This document shows positions 29,681 through 39,494 of a stretch of 64,000 nucleotides of DNA, piece by piece. The stretch spans positions 22,226 through 86,225 of the forward strand of contig SKOR01000038.1 in NCBI GenBank assembly GCA_007119965.1, in the 5' to 3' direction. A model generated the notes under the pieces. The model was not told the DNA's origin. It did no database searches and saw nothing but the letters and a program-made list of their open reading frames with translations. The first letter of the stretch is position 1. Every line of letters begins with the position of its first letter. Origin of the DNA: Syntrophomonadaceae bacterium (GTDB lineage: Bacteria > Bacillota > Dethiobacteria > DTU022). A program made the position numbers and the translations under genes.

Positions 29681-30718
29681 TCATTCTTTATAGGCAGGGC
29701 TGCGTTTCACCAGTCCCAGGATTCCCTTGATCGTACCGGCGACAGGTACCGCCAGGACCATGCCGAGCAGTCCGGCCAGGCTGCCGCCGGCCAATATTGC
29801 CACAATTACAGTAATCGGCTTTAACCTGACTGCCCTGCCGAGAACTACCGGGGCCAGGAACATTCCATCCAGGAGCTGGACAGCAACATAAATAATAATT
29901 ACCAGCAGTGGCGAGGGGGTAAGTGGAGAAAAACTTAGCAGCACCGCCGGCACGGCGGCGATATAAGGGCCAATATAGAGGATGAAGTTAAAGATTCCGG
30001 CCAGCACACCCAACAGGAGAGCATAAGGCATTCCGGTTACAGATAAAACAATCCCGGTAACAACGCCAACAATCAGGCAGCGAAGGAGGGAACCGCGAAT
30101 GAAAGTACCAACATTGGTGTCCAATATCTGCAGGAGTTCTTCTGCCAACGGCCGCCTGGAGGGTGGAATAATATCAATAAACTGGGTTCTTACAGCCTTG
30201 AAATCATAAAGCAGGTAAAATACAAGAAAGAGAATCAGGACAAAATCCACCGTCCCGCTGATCAAAACCAGCGATGCCTCAGCAAGGTACTCCAGGGCCT
30301 GATGCATATTATCGGATAAGCTAACTATAAAACCCCTTACTTCATCTTCGATATCAAGGGCAATGGTTTGTTGGGTCAGCCAGGAAAGAAACTCCTGGAT
30401 CCTGGCCAGGTGATGAGGAAAGCTCTCGGCCAGCTCATTCACTTCGTTGTAAATGACAGGTACCAGCAGGCTGATTACAAAAATACAAAACAATAAAAAC
30501 AACATGAAAACAAGAGCCGTAGCCAGGCTGTGATTAATGTGAAATCTCCGTTTGAGATACTCAAGCAGGGGATAAAGGATGTAAACAATAAGTGCACTGA
30601 CCAGGAGCAGGCCTGCCACCCAGGCAAGACTATATAAAAGCCAGATGGATCCAACAACTAAGATAATTAAAATAATCAGGCGAAGAGCAAACGCCCACTG
30701 CTTATCCATCGAGATCAA
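29681..30718 (-). CDS. AI-2E family transporter
   Basis: Polytopic membrane protein, YIGP motif, GG.L.GLLGM.LAVP C-terminal signature. Confidence 0.88.
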   Translation of the reverse strand: MISMDKQWAFALRLIILIILVVGSIWLLYSLAWVAGLLLVSALIVYILYPLLEYLKRRFHINHSLATALVFMLFLLFCIFVISLLVPVIYNEVNELAESFPHHLARIQEFLSWLTQQTIALDIEDEVRGFIVSLSDNMHQALEYLAEASLVLISGTVDFVLILFLVFYLLYDFKAVRTQFIDIIPPSRRPLAEELLQILDTNVGTFIRGSLLRCLIVGVVTGIVLSVTGMPYALLLGVLAGIFNFILYIGPYIAAVPAVLLSFSPLTPSPLLVIIIYVAVQLLDGMFLAPVVLGRAVRLKPITVIVAILAGGSLAGLLGMVLAVPVAGTIKGILGLVKRSPAYKE

Positions 30719-30726
30719 CCCCCTGT

Positions 30727-31788
30727 TTAGCTGCGAAAACGGAAATATAAAACATCTCCGTCCTGAACCCTGTAGTCGCGGCCCTCTATACTGCTAAGCC
30801 CTTTTTCCCGGGCCCCCACAAGCCCGCCTTCAGCAATTAGGCAGTCCCATTGGATCACCTCGGCATTAATAAAACCGCTTTCAATATCTGTGTGGACCTT
30901 GCCAGCTGCCTCAACGGCCCGAATGCCTGCAGGGACAACCCAGGCCCTGGCTTCAGTTCCCTTGATCGTAAAAAACGTGGATAGCTCCAGGAGGGTGTAA
31001 CACTCTCGGAGCAACTGAACTGTTCGGCTTGTTTTTAATCCGTATGCTTCCAGAAATAGCTCTCGATCAGGCTGGTCCAAATCTGCAAGTTCGGCTTCCA
31101 GGCTGGCACAAAGAGGCACCACTTTACTTTCGGTCGGAAATACAGAAAGGTCCGGATTCTGGAACTGATCTTCAGAGAGGTTGTAAACAAAGACCATTTC
31201 TTTGCGGGTCAGCAAAGAAAGTTGATCCAAAAACACTTTTTCGTCAGGATTAAAATTGACCTCCCGCAGCGGCAACCCCCGGTTCAGGTGCTCTTCCAGG
31301 CGATCCAGAAGATTGAGTTCAAACTGTGCAGCTTTGTCACCACACCTTAGCTTCGGTTCCACTTTTTGTCTCCGCCTGACAACAACCTCGAGGTCGGCGA
31401 GGGCCAGCTCAAGGTGAACAATTTCCAGGCGGGCAGCCAGATCGTTCATACTGAGAGAGGAATTCCCGAATCCTGCCACCACATGAATCAACAGATCCAC
31501 GTTGCGCAGATGGCCCAGGAACTGGTTGCCCAGGCCTTCACCACGGCTGGCGCCTTCAACGAGGCCGGCCACATCAATTATTTCTATTGAAGCAGGAGTA
31601 ATTTTTTCTGAACCGCTTACCTCCGCAAGAGCTGACAGACGGCGATCCGGAATAGGAACCACTGCCTTGTTCGGTTCAATAGTAGAAAACGGGTAGCTTT
31701 CGATCGTCACATCCAGGGCTGTGAGAGCTTTAAATAATGTAGATTTTCCGGCATTCGGTATCCCGACAATACCGCAGCTCCAGGCCAT
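30727..31788 (-). CDS. ychF: YchF/Obg-like ATPase (divergent)
   Basis: GIPNAGKST, YPFSTIEPN, DVAGLV.GAS.GEGLGNQFL, EGRDY.VQDGD; DUF951-ychF-rpsF synteny. Confidence 0.9.
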   Translation of the reverse strand: MAWSCGIVGIPNAGKSTLFKALTALDVTIESYPFSTIEPNKAVVPIPDRRLSALAEVSGSEKITPASIEIIDVAGLVEGASRGEGLGNQFLGHLRNVDLLIHVVAGFGNSSLSMNDLAARLEIVHLELALADLEVVVRRRQKVEPKLRCGDKAAQFELNLLDRLEEHLNRGLPLREVNFNPDEKVFLDQLSLLTRKEMVFVYNLSEDQFQNPDLSVFPTESKVVPLCASLEAELADLDQPDRELFLEAYGLKTSRTVQLLRECYTLLELSTFFTIKGTEARAWVVPAGIRAVEAAGKVHTDIESGFINAEVIQWDCLIAEGGLVGAREKGLSSIEGRDYRVQDGDVLYFRFRS

Positions 31789-31806
31789 GAATGTCTCCCC
31801 CCCGCC

Positions 31807-32007
31807 TTATTTTTCCGCATTGTCTCCCTCAGCGATTATACATTTAACTTTCCGTTCAAAATGGCCGCGCGGGATGAGCACACTGCGGCCGCATTTTTCA
31901 CACTTAATACGAAAATCCATTCCCACCCTGATAATGCGCCAGCAGTTTGAGCCGCATGGGTGGCCTTTTTTCATCTGAACCTGCTGGCCAACATAATATT
32001 GAGTCAT
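31807..32007 (-). CDS. DUF951 family protein
   Basis: MKKGHPCG..W.IIRVGMDFRIKCxxCGR. Confidence 0.9.
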   Translation of the reverse strand: MTQYYVGQQVQMKKGHPCGSNCWRIIRVGMDFRIKCEKCGRSVLIPRGHFERKVKCIIAEGDNAEK

Positions 32008-32026
32008 CTGAACCAGCCACCGGCCT

Positions 32027-32674
32027 TTACAGTTCTCCTAATATGCTGCTGATCTGCTTATAAACATCTTCAATTTCCTGGTTGCCGTCAATCGGGCTTA
32101 ACAGTCCTCTTTTCTGATAGAACTCAATCAAGGGTTGCGTTTGCTTTTTGTATACTTCCAGTCTTTCCTTTACAGTTTCGAGGCTGTCGTCATCCCTCTG
32201 ATACAAGTCTCCGCCGCATTGATCGCAAACATTACGCACTTTCGGCGGTTTAAACTTGAGGTGATAGTTTGCCCCGCAATCAGAACAAACCCGCCTCCCG
32301 GTCAGGCGCTCAATAAGTTCGCTTTCCTCCACTTCAACTGAAAGGACCCGGTCGATTTTCACATCTAGATCAGGCAGAGCATTCTCCAGGAACACGGCCT
32401 GCTCTACAGTGCGGGGAAAGCCGTCAAACAGGGCGCCGTTCCTGCAATCAGGGTTCAACAAACGATCTTTAACGATCTCCACGACAAGATCATCGGGAAC
32501 CAGTTTCCCTTCATCCATATATTGACGTGCCTTGCGGCCCAGCTCTTTATTCTCCCTGACAGCGCTCCTCAGGATATCTCCTGTGGAGATATAAGCCAGA
32601 TTGTGATCGTTTGTAATTTTTTCAGCCTGCGTGCCCTTGCCTGCCCCTGGTGGTCCCAAAAGGATTATCAGCAT
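32027..32674 (-). CDS. adk: adenylate kinase
   Basis: GPPGAGKGTQ, ISTGDILR, DGFPRT, Zn LID CxxC..CxxC, QRDDD. Confidence 0.97.
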   Translation of the reverse strand: MLIILLGPPGAGKGTQAEKITNDHNLAYISTGDILRSAVRENKELGRKARQYMDEGKLVPDDLVVEIVKDRLLNPDCRNGALFDGFPRTVEQAVFLENALPDLDVKIDRVLSVEVEESELIERLTGRRVCSDCGANYHLKFKPPKVRNVCDQCGGDLYQRDDDSLETVKERLEVYKKQTQPLIEFYQKRGLLSPIDGNQEIEDVYKQISSILGEL

Positions 32675-32933
32675 ATCTATACCTCGCTTTTCAAAGCTTC
32701 TGATGTTGTGCTCGATTTTTAGTGTTCTTCTTTTCAACTCTAATTCCTGCTAACCGCCAAGAAACTAAACTCAAAGGGATACCGCTTAGTTGCAAAAACT
32801 TTATCCCTACACTGTCCGGCCTGTCAGGCTGCAGAAACAACGAGATAAAAGCCGTTAATCTTGCTATAAAAAAGGAAGCACTTTTAAAAAGCGCTTCCCC
32901 GTAAAATTGCTTGTATCCATCTAAAAATGCAGG

Positions 32934-33407
32934 CTATTTTTGCTTATTTGAGGTGCTTTCGTTAAAGCTCCCCGTCTGTTTGCCGGGTTCCGGCTTTTCA
33001 GATCCCAGAGGCTTATAGTTCCAATCCTTTTTTCCCGCAGCTTTTCCTTCCTTGTCCTTGAACTGCATCTCCATATTACCGGACATTGCAGCCCCTTCTT
33101 CAATAACAAGGCCATTGGCCTTAAAGGTTCCCGCGGCGGTCGCCGTCTTTTTCAGTTCCAACCTGCCTTCAGCTTCAAGAGCCCCTTCGTATTGGCCTGC
33201 AATTGTTATGTTGCGGGCTTTTAATTCGACTGAAACCCTACCGCTTTCTCCTATAATGACATCGCCTTTATTAACAACATGTCCCTCAGCTTCACCGTCA
33301 ATACGGATCAGCCCTTTACCGTTAATAGTACCCTTGAAATAGGTATCTTTACCGATGATCGTATCAACTTTATCAGACGAAGTCTCGAAATTATCTTTTT
33401 TAAACAC
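32934..33407 (-). CDS. bactofilin (polymer-forming cytoskeletal protein)
   Basis: MFKK N-terminus, beta-helix repeats TIIGKDT.FKG.I..IRIDG, IEEGA. Confidence 0.9.
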   Translation of the reverse strand: MFKKDNFETSSDKVDTIIGKDTYFKGTINGKGLIRIDGEAEGHVVNKGDVIIGESGRVSVELKARNITIAGQYEGALEAEGRLELKKTATAAGTFKANGLVIEEGAAMSGNMEMQFKDKEGKAAGKKDWNYKPLGSEKPEPGKQTGSFNESTSNKQK

Positions 33408-33428
33408 AGTACCAACCTCCTTTACTCG

Positions 33429-34406
33429 CTACTGCTTCTTCATGTAGTTGGACGGGTTAACCGGCGACCCGTCACGATGCACCTCGTAGTGCAGATGCGT
33501 GCCGGTAGTCCGGCCCGATGCTCCCATGTAACCGATCGTTTCTCCTCTTTCAACTTGATCTCCAACCTCTGCAGCAAAACCGGAAAGGTGAGCATAGTGG
33601 GTTTCATATCCATAACCGTGGTGTACTATCAGCAGGTTGCCAAAACTGCCGCGATAGGAGGCGAAGATAACCTCGCCCGGGGCTGTAGCCTTAATGGCGG
33701 AACCATGTGCCCCGATAATATCTACACCGGTATGAAACTGGTAGCCACGTCCGGAGTATGGGATTCTCCTTACACCAAAACCAGAGGATATGCGCCCCCG
33801 CGCAGGCCAGATTGTCGGTTTAGCTTCTGCTTTGGCCACGTATTCACCCACAGAATCGAGTGTTTCCGTACGCTCAGGAACAACGCTCTGCAGCAGAGAA
33901 AGGTTACTTACCGCCCGATCAAAGACACCGTTCGAGGAAGAACGACTGCCATACAAGCGGACAGTATCAACCGGACCTGCAGCATATTGATTATTAGGGT
34001 TGATATTATTGGATTGTTCCTGCAAGCTATCCTGCACGCCTTCTTCGAGCTCTCCGGGCTCTAACTCCAGTTTTTCTGTAACAATTTCGACCAGTTCATC
34101 AACTGCATAGATTTGTTCCATCATTTTTTGGGTTTCTACCGCCAGGGCATCAATTTCCTCCTGCTGGACCCTGCTCAGCTGCCTCAGGATTTCCGCTTCT
34201 TCAGCCTCAGCAGCAACTTTCAGATAAGCGTAACCCAACACACATAAACCTGTTACACTCAACACCAAAAGGGCAACCGCAACCTGGACAAAGTACAGAG
34301 GTATCCGAAGGCTATAGGTTGCTTCTTCGGAATGCGGAACAATCATTACTGTAAAACAGCGCTTCTTGTTAGATGGTGACATTTTTACAGGTATCCTTTC
34401 AGCCAT
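33429..34406 (-). CDS. membrane-anchored M23 endopeptidase
   Basis: FTVMIVPH N-terminal motif, TM, coiled coil, HTGVD and HLHYEV. Confidence 0.9.
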   Translation of the reverse strand: MAERIPVKMSPSNKKRCFTVMIVPHSEEATYSLRIPLYFVQVAVALLVLSVTGLCVLGYAYLKVAAEAEEAEILRQLSRVQQEEIDALAVETQKMMEQIYAVDELVEIVTEKLELEPGELEEGVQDSLQEQSNNINPNNQYAAGPVDTVRLYGSRSSSNGVFDRAVSNLSLLQSVVPERTETLDSVGEYVAKAEAKPTIWPARGRISSGFGVRRIPYSGRGYQFHTGVDIIGAHGSAIKATAPGEVIFASYRGSFGNLLIVHHGYGYETHYAHLSGFAAEVGDQVERGETIGYMGASGRTTGTHLHYEVHRDGSPVNPSNYMKKQ

Positions 34407-34615
34407 TTAAAGACGCAAACGATGTTACCATAAACTCTGAGTTGTGTATAGCCGAACAGGCAAAATTAAAAAACTACCGTGATTATAACATATCGGGTCA
34501 AAGCGAACCAGCAACCAAACCGGAAACGGTGCAGCAACAACCTGGGTCCTCGCTACCGGTCTGCAATATGGCAGGGCTGGCAGGCACACGGATGCATTTC
34601 ATGGTAATGCATAAA

Positions 34616-34631
34616 TGTTTCACGTGAAACA
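34616..34631. promoter_or_regulatory. parS site 1
   Basis: Perfect palindrome TGTTTCACGTGAAACA just downstream of parB. Confidence 0.95.
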
Positions 34632-34654
34632 CCAGATCTGCCGATCCGATTTTT

Positions 34655-34670
34655 TGTTTCACGTGAAACA
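34655..34670. promoter_or_regulatory. parS site 2
   Basis: Second perfect TGTTTCACGTGAAACA. Confidence 0.95.
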
Positions 34671-34676
34671 TTTTGT

Positions 34677-35540
34677 TTATATCCCTTCAGGGAGTAGTTT
34701 TGCTATAAGCCTTTCGAGATCTTCATCGCTGTAATAATATATTTCTATTGTGCCGCCGGTCTTGCCTTTTTTCAACCTGACCTTTGTTCCCAGGGATCGC
34801 TGAACCTGTAACTGCAGTTCAGCGCTCAGGGGATCTTCTGCAATTTTCTCAGGATTTTCACGTGCTTTTGGTTTTTCAGCATTCATGCCCGAAGCCATTT
34901 TTTCCGCTTCCCTCGAGGAGAGGCGCTGATCAATAATTTGTTTTGCCGCTTCCTGCTGGCGCTCCGGATCGCTAATAGCCAGCAGGGGGCGAGCCTGGCC
35001 CGCGGACAATAAACCTTCGGCCAGTGAATCCAGGATGGGCTCCGGCAGGGAAAGCAGCCTTATGCTGTTGGCAATTGAGGGGCGACTGCGCCCAATGCGC
35101 CTGGCCATTTCTTCCTGGGTGTAATTAAATTCCTGCATTAACTTCTTGTATGCGCGCGCCTCTTCCACGGGGTTCAGGTCTTCGCGCTGCAGGTTCTCAA
35201 TCAGGGCAATTTCCAGCATGGTGCTTTTATCAAAAGATTTAACTACAGCCGGCACCGCATCGAGCCCGGCCAGGCGTGCTGCCCGGCACCGCCGTTCCCC
35301 GGCCACAAGAAAATAGTTATTATCTTCACCGCTCGGCGAAACCACTACTGCCTGCAGGATACCATGCTCCTTAATCGACGACGCCAGTTCACTTAACTTT
35401 TCATCATTAAATGTCCTGCGCGGCTGATACGGGTTTGGTTTGATCATGTCCAATTTAATTTCACTGGCTTCCGCCGATGCGGCCAACGCATCAGGAATCA
35501 GAGCCCCCAGACCCTTGCCGAGTCGTCTTTTTTCACTCAT
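34677..35540 (-). CDS. parB: chromosome partitioning protein ParB (Spo0J)
   Basis: LGKGLGALI, NPYQPR, AGERR, ALIENLQREDL, HTH GRSRPSIAN. Confidence 0.96.
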   Translation of the reverse strand: MSEKRRLGKGLGALIPDALAASAEASEIKLDMIKPNPYQPRRTFNDEKLSELASSIKEHGILQAVVVSPSGEDNNYFLVAGERRCRAARLAGLDAVPAVVKSFDKSTMLEIALIENLQREDLNPVEEARAYKKLMQEFNYTQEEMARRIGRSRPSIANSIRLLSLPEPILDSLAEGLLSAGQARPLLAISDPERQQEAAKQIIDQRLSSREAEKMASGMNAEKPKARENPEKIAEDPLSAELQLQVQRSLGTKVRLKKGKTGGTIEIYYYSDEDLERLIAKLLPEGI

Positions 35541-36294
35541 TGTCCAACACCTCCCGGGCTAAAGCAAGATGAAGCTCCGCCCCCTTGCTGCGCGGGTCAT
35601 ACTCCAGGATATGCTTTCCGTAACTGGGCGCTTCGCTTAAACGAACGTTTCGGGGAATAACGGTTTTATAAACATATTGTTTAAAGTAACTTCTGACTTC
35701 TTCGGCAACCTGCTCTGAAAGGTTTGTCCTGGTATCGTACATTGTCAGAACAACACCCTCAATGTTCAGGGCTTCGTTAAGGTGCTTCCGGACCAGGTTG
35801 ATTGTATTCATCAGCTGCCCAAGTCCTTCCAGGGCATAGTACTCACACTGAATCGGTATGATTACGCCATTTGCAGCATTCATCGCATTCAGGGTCAGCA
35901 GCCCCAGTGAAGGCGGGCAGTCTACGATGACAAACTGGTAGTCATCCAAAATGGGTAATAAGGCCTGCTTTAGTTTGTCTTCCCGCGAGACCGTGGAGAC
36001 AAGCTCTATTTCTGCTCCTGCCAGTTGAATTGTCGCAGGCACCACGGACAGGTTTTCCCAACGTGAAGATAGGATAATATTTTTTATCGGCATTTCATCA
36101 ATCAACGTGTTATAGATGCACGACTTGATCTCTTTTTTTAAAAGACCGACCCCGCTGGTTGCGTTGCCCTGTGGATCAATATCTATAAGCAGTACACTGG
36201 CTCCCAGTTTTGCCAATGATGCGCTTAAGTTAATCGCTGTTGTCGTTTTTCCAACGCCGCCTTTTTGATTTGTAACCGCCAGTACACGCGCCAT
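35533..36294 (-). CDS. parA: ParA/Soj ATPase
   Basis: NQKGGVGKTT, DPQGNAT, DCPPSLG, PRNVRLSEAPS. Confidence 0.97.
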   Translation of the reverse strand: MARVLAVTNQKGGVGKTTTAINLSASLAKLGASVLLIDIDPQGNATSGVGLLKKEIKSCIYNTLIDEMPIKNIILSSRWENLSVVPATIQLAGAEIELVSTVSREDKLKQALLPILDDYQFVIVDCPPSLGLLTLNAMNAANGVIIPIQCEYYALEGLGQLMNTINLVRKHLNEALNIEGVVLTMYDTRTNLSEQVAEEVRSYFKQYVYKTVIPRNVRLSEAPSYGKHILEYDPRSKGAELHLALAREVLDNE

Positions 36295-36349
36295 TTTCTA
36301 TCTCTCCTAACCTTAGCCTGTCATGCTTATCCCTCGGTGCCTGCTGCAG

Positions 36350-37195
36350 CTACCGCTGCTCCGGCTTAAGCATTTCCCTGGTCAGTCGAATGGTCACTTC
36401 GATATAATCTTCTTCGACTGTTTCATCCACTTCAGGGTAGAGACCCGAGTTTTGAATAATCGTCACCGCTTCCCTGATTGTGTTGAGCACAATACGCATA
36501 TCCCGGATAATCGGTTTTGATCGTTTCAGTTTTTCCTGATTTATATCCTGCCCTTTAATTTTATCGATCCTTTTTTCAGCCTGGCTGACGGTTAGCCCTC
36601 TTTCGGTAATTTCGTGGATTGTTTTCAACTGCTCCTCTTCTGAATCCAGCCTGAGCAGTGCCCTGGCATGTCTCTCCGACAAACTATTTTGGAGCAGCGC
36701 TTCGCGCACCGGCGTCGAAAGCTTGAGGAGTCTGATCTTGTTGGCAATAGTAGACTGGCTTTTACCCAGGCGCTGTGCCAGTATTTCCTGGGTCAGGTTA
36801 AAGTTCTTGATCAGGCTGACGAAGCCCATCGCTTCTTCTATAAAATTCAGGTTTTCACGCTGCAGGTTTTCAATCAGGGCGATGGTAGCCATATCATTAT
36901 CGGATAGGTTTTTTAACGCAGCGGAAATCGTTTTCCAGCCCAGGCTGCGGCAGGCCAGATATCTTCTTTCCCCAACTACCAGTTGATAACTGCTACCCGC
37001 TCTCCGGACCACCACTGGTTGAATTAAACCGTATGCTTTAATCGATTGAGCCAGTTCTTCAATTTTATCTTCCGCTATCTCCCTGCGCGGCTGAAAGGGG
37101 TTTGATCTTATTTTTTCAATGTCTATCGCTACAACTTTGTCTGTGGCCGGTTCTATCTCGCTGAATGTAAATTGTTCTATCTGTTTTTTGCTCAT
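36350..37195 (-). CDS. noc: nucleoid occlusion protein Noc (ParB paralogue)
   Basis: GERR, HTH GKSQSTIANKIRLLKL, ERHARALL; position between rsmG and parA. Confidence 0.85.
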   Translation of the reverse strand: MSKKQIEQFTFSEIEPATDKVVAIDIEKIRSNPFQPRREIAEDKIEELAQSIKAYGLIQPVVVRRAGSSYQLVVGERRYLACRSLGWKTISAALKNLSDNDMATIALIENLQRENLNFIEEAMGFVSLIKNFNLTQEILAQRLGKSQSTIANKIRLLKLSTPVREALLQNSLSERHARALLRLDSEEEQLKTIHEITERGLTVSQAEKRIDKIKGQDINQEKLKRSKPIIRDMRIVLNTIREAVTIIQNSGLYPEVDETVEEDYIEVTIRLTREMLKPEQR

Positions 37196-37290
37196 TAAAC
37201 CATCGCCTTTTTATTATTTCACTGCTTCCTTCTAATTAGACAAGCACTGTTTCTTTCCTTCAAGCAGCATTTATTTTCTTAAGATCATTT

Positions 37291-38019
37291 TTAACCTTTT
37301 AACGGCTTTTTGTTTGGTCTGCCCACTGCCCGCGGATACTGAGGAGGTGTCCTCATAACTTTTTCCAGTATAATCAGGGACCGGTTCTCCCCGGCAGGCA
37401 GGGAATACAGGTGCATTTCATCAAAACGTCCCCCGCACAGTTTAATTGCAGCCCGGGCTTCTTCCAGCTCAGTTTCACCGCGCGGCCCTTTATAAATAAT
37501 TGCCCGTCCGCCAATTTTCAAAAGCGGCAGGGATAGTTCAGCCAGCACAGCAGTTTCAGCAACTGCCCGGCATAATACATAGTCATAGTTTTCCCGGTAC
37601 TCTGTATTCTGTCCAATGTTTTCAGCCCGATCATGAATAGTATAGACCATCTCCAACCCCAGCTGTACTGCTGTCTCTTTTAAAAACATTATTTTACGTT
37701 TGTTGGCATCGGCCAGGTACATGGCAATTTTCGGCAGGCATATTTTAACCGGAATCCCCGGTAATCCCCCGCCACTGCCGAGATCAAGTGTCCTGCTGTT
37801 ATCCGCAAAGGACAAGAGCCTTAAAGGATATAAAGAATCGTACAGGTGCTTTTCAATTAACCCGCCGGCAGTGCGTTCACCGGTTAACCTCTGCTTTTGC
37901 AACCCCTGGAGAAGCAAACCTGTATACCTCAGCAATTTTTCCTGTACTGTTTTATCAAGGGCCAGTTCTAAACGACCCGCTAATTGTTCGATCATCGCTG
38001 CAGCTTTTTTGTCGGGCAT
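37291..38019 (-). CDS. rsmG: 16S rRNA m7G527 methyltransferase
   Basis: KHLYDSL, DLGSGGGLPGI, RAVA, YPR..G.P.K.PL; likely ATG at 38019. Confidence 0.93.
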   Translation of the reverse strand: MPDKKAAAMIEQLAGRLELALDKTVQEKLLRYTGLLLQGLQKQRLTGERTAGGLIEKHLYDSLYPLRLLSFADNSRTLDLGSGGGLPGIPVKICLPKIAMYLADANKRKIMFLKETAVQLGLEMVYTIHDRAENIGQNTEYRENYDYVLCRAVAETAVLAELSLPLLKIGGRAIIYKGPRGETELEEARAAIKLCGGRFDEMHLYSLPAGENRSLIILEKVMRTPPQYPRAVGRPNKKPLKG

Positions 38020-38041
38020 CCTGAACCTGCTTTCAGATTGT

Positions 38042-39427
38042 CTACTTGCCAAGGCAAAATTCGCTAAATATTTTGTCCAGCAGCGCTTCACTGACTGTTT
38101 CCCCGGTGATTTCTCCCAGTTTATCGAATGCATTGCCCAGTTCCAGGCTGACCAGTTCGAGCGGATGGATCTCGAGAGCTGTTTCAGCCTCTACAATAGA
38201 CTCTAATGCTTCACTTAATAATTCTTCGTGCCTGAGAGAAATAATGGCCGGCGCTTCCGTTGCGCCACCAAACAGGTGATCTAACTGCCTGGTTACAGCT
38301 TCTTCCAGCATTCCGATGCCTTCTCCGGTAATAGCTGCAGTTTCCACTATTTCAGCATCAGCATGCATATCCTGGAGCATTTCTACCTTAAGCTGTTTAT
38401 CAAGATCTCTCTTATTAATGACAATAACAAGACCTTGCTCCCGGCTGCGCAGCATGGCAATTTCCATGTCCTGCTCCTCCCAGGGGGCAGAACTGTCCAT
38501 CACCATAATCAAAAGCTTCGCCCGGCCTGCGGCATGCCTGGATCGTTCAATGCCCTCTTTTTCGACCGGGTCATCGCTTCCCTGGATCCCTGCCGTATCT
38601 ACAAGGCGTATCGGGTATCCGCCCAGGTTCATAAAACCTTCCAACATATCACGGGTAGTTCCGGGCATTTCGTGTACTATTGCTCTTTGCTGGCGCAAGA
38701 GTGCGTTCAGAAGAGATGATTTGCCGACATTAGGCCTGCCTATTATTGCCACGCTGACACCTTCCTGGTAAACCCTGTTCCTTTCAACACCCTGCAGCAG
38801 GTCTTTTATCTCACTCCTGAGCCGCCCTAGATTTTTTTTCATCTGGCCTGCCAATAGTTCTCCATCCTGAAACTCTTCAGGATAATCAAACCAGGCCTCA
38901 AGTGGAGCCCGTATTGCTGTCAGCTCGTCCCTGATCTGGTTGATTTTATCAGTTAACTCTCCCTGCAGGGTCCTGGCTGCAACCCGGACTGCTTCTTCGG
39001 AACGTGCCCGTACAATATTCATTACAGCTTCAGCCTGGCTCAGATCGATTCTGCCATTTATAAAAGCGCGCCTGGTGAATTCTCCCGGTTCCGCAAGCCT
39101 GGCCCCGCAATTAAGAATTAGTTTAAGAATCATGCGCAGGGTAATAATACCACTGTGACAATTTATTTCTACAACATCTTCACGGGTATAAGTATGCGGT
39201 GCGGGCATAAATGCAGTTAACACTTCATCTATTCTCTGCCTGTCTTGATTGCGAATGTAACCGTGGTACAGGCGGCGCGGTTCGGGAAATGTGTCTTTTC
39301 CACGCTGCGGGCATTCAAATATCTTCAAAGCTATGACAAATGCTTCTGGGCCGCTGATACGGACAATCCCGATGCCGCCTTCCCCGAGGGGAGTACTTAT
39401 AGCCGCAATTGTATCTGTTTTACTCAC
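38042..39427 (-). CDS. mnmE: tRNA modification GTPase MnmE
   Basis: DTIAAISTP, GRPNVGKS, GTTRD, DTAG, FCLGK; GTG at 39427 after GGAGGAG. Confidence 0.97.
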   Translation of the reverse strand: MSKTDTIAAISTPLGEGGIGIVRISGPEAFVIALKIFECPQRGKDTFPEPRRLYHGYIRNQDRQRIDEVLTAFMPAPHTYTREDVVEINCHSGIITLRMILKLILNCGARLAEPGEFTRRAFINGRIDLSQAEAVMNIVRARSEEAVRVAARTLQGELTDKINQIRDELTAIRAPLEAWFDYPEEFQDGELLAGQMKKNLGRLRSEIKDLLQGVERNRVYQEGVSVAIIGRPNVGKSSLLNALLRQQRAIVHEMPGTTRDMLEGFMNLGGYPIRLVDTAGIQGSDDPVEKEGIERSRHAAGRAKLLIMVMDSSAPWEEQDMEIAMLRSREQGLVIVINKRDLDKQLKVEMLQDMHADAEIVETAAITGEGIGMLEEAVTRQLDHLFGGATEAPAIISLRHEELLSEALESIVEAETALEIHPLELVSLELGNAFDKLGEITGETVSEALLDKIFSEFCLGK

Positions 39428-39494
39428 TGTAACTCCTCCAAATGCAAGCATTAAAAAACCGCCCCTCTAAACGGGGCGGCGCCTCACGGTAATT

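Noticed and set aside
33279-34064. 261-aa plus-strand ORF
   Set aside because: Antisense shadow of the M23 peptidase and bactofilin; no RBS or recognisable motifs. A similar shadow (23256-23768) lies opposite the other M23 gene.
34616-34670. Twin 16-bp palindromes as a novel repeat
   Set aside because: They are canonical parS sites.
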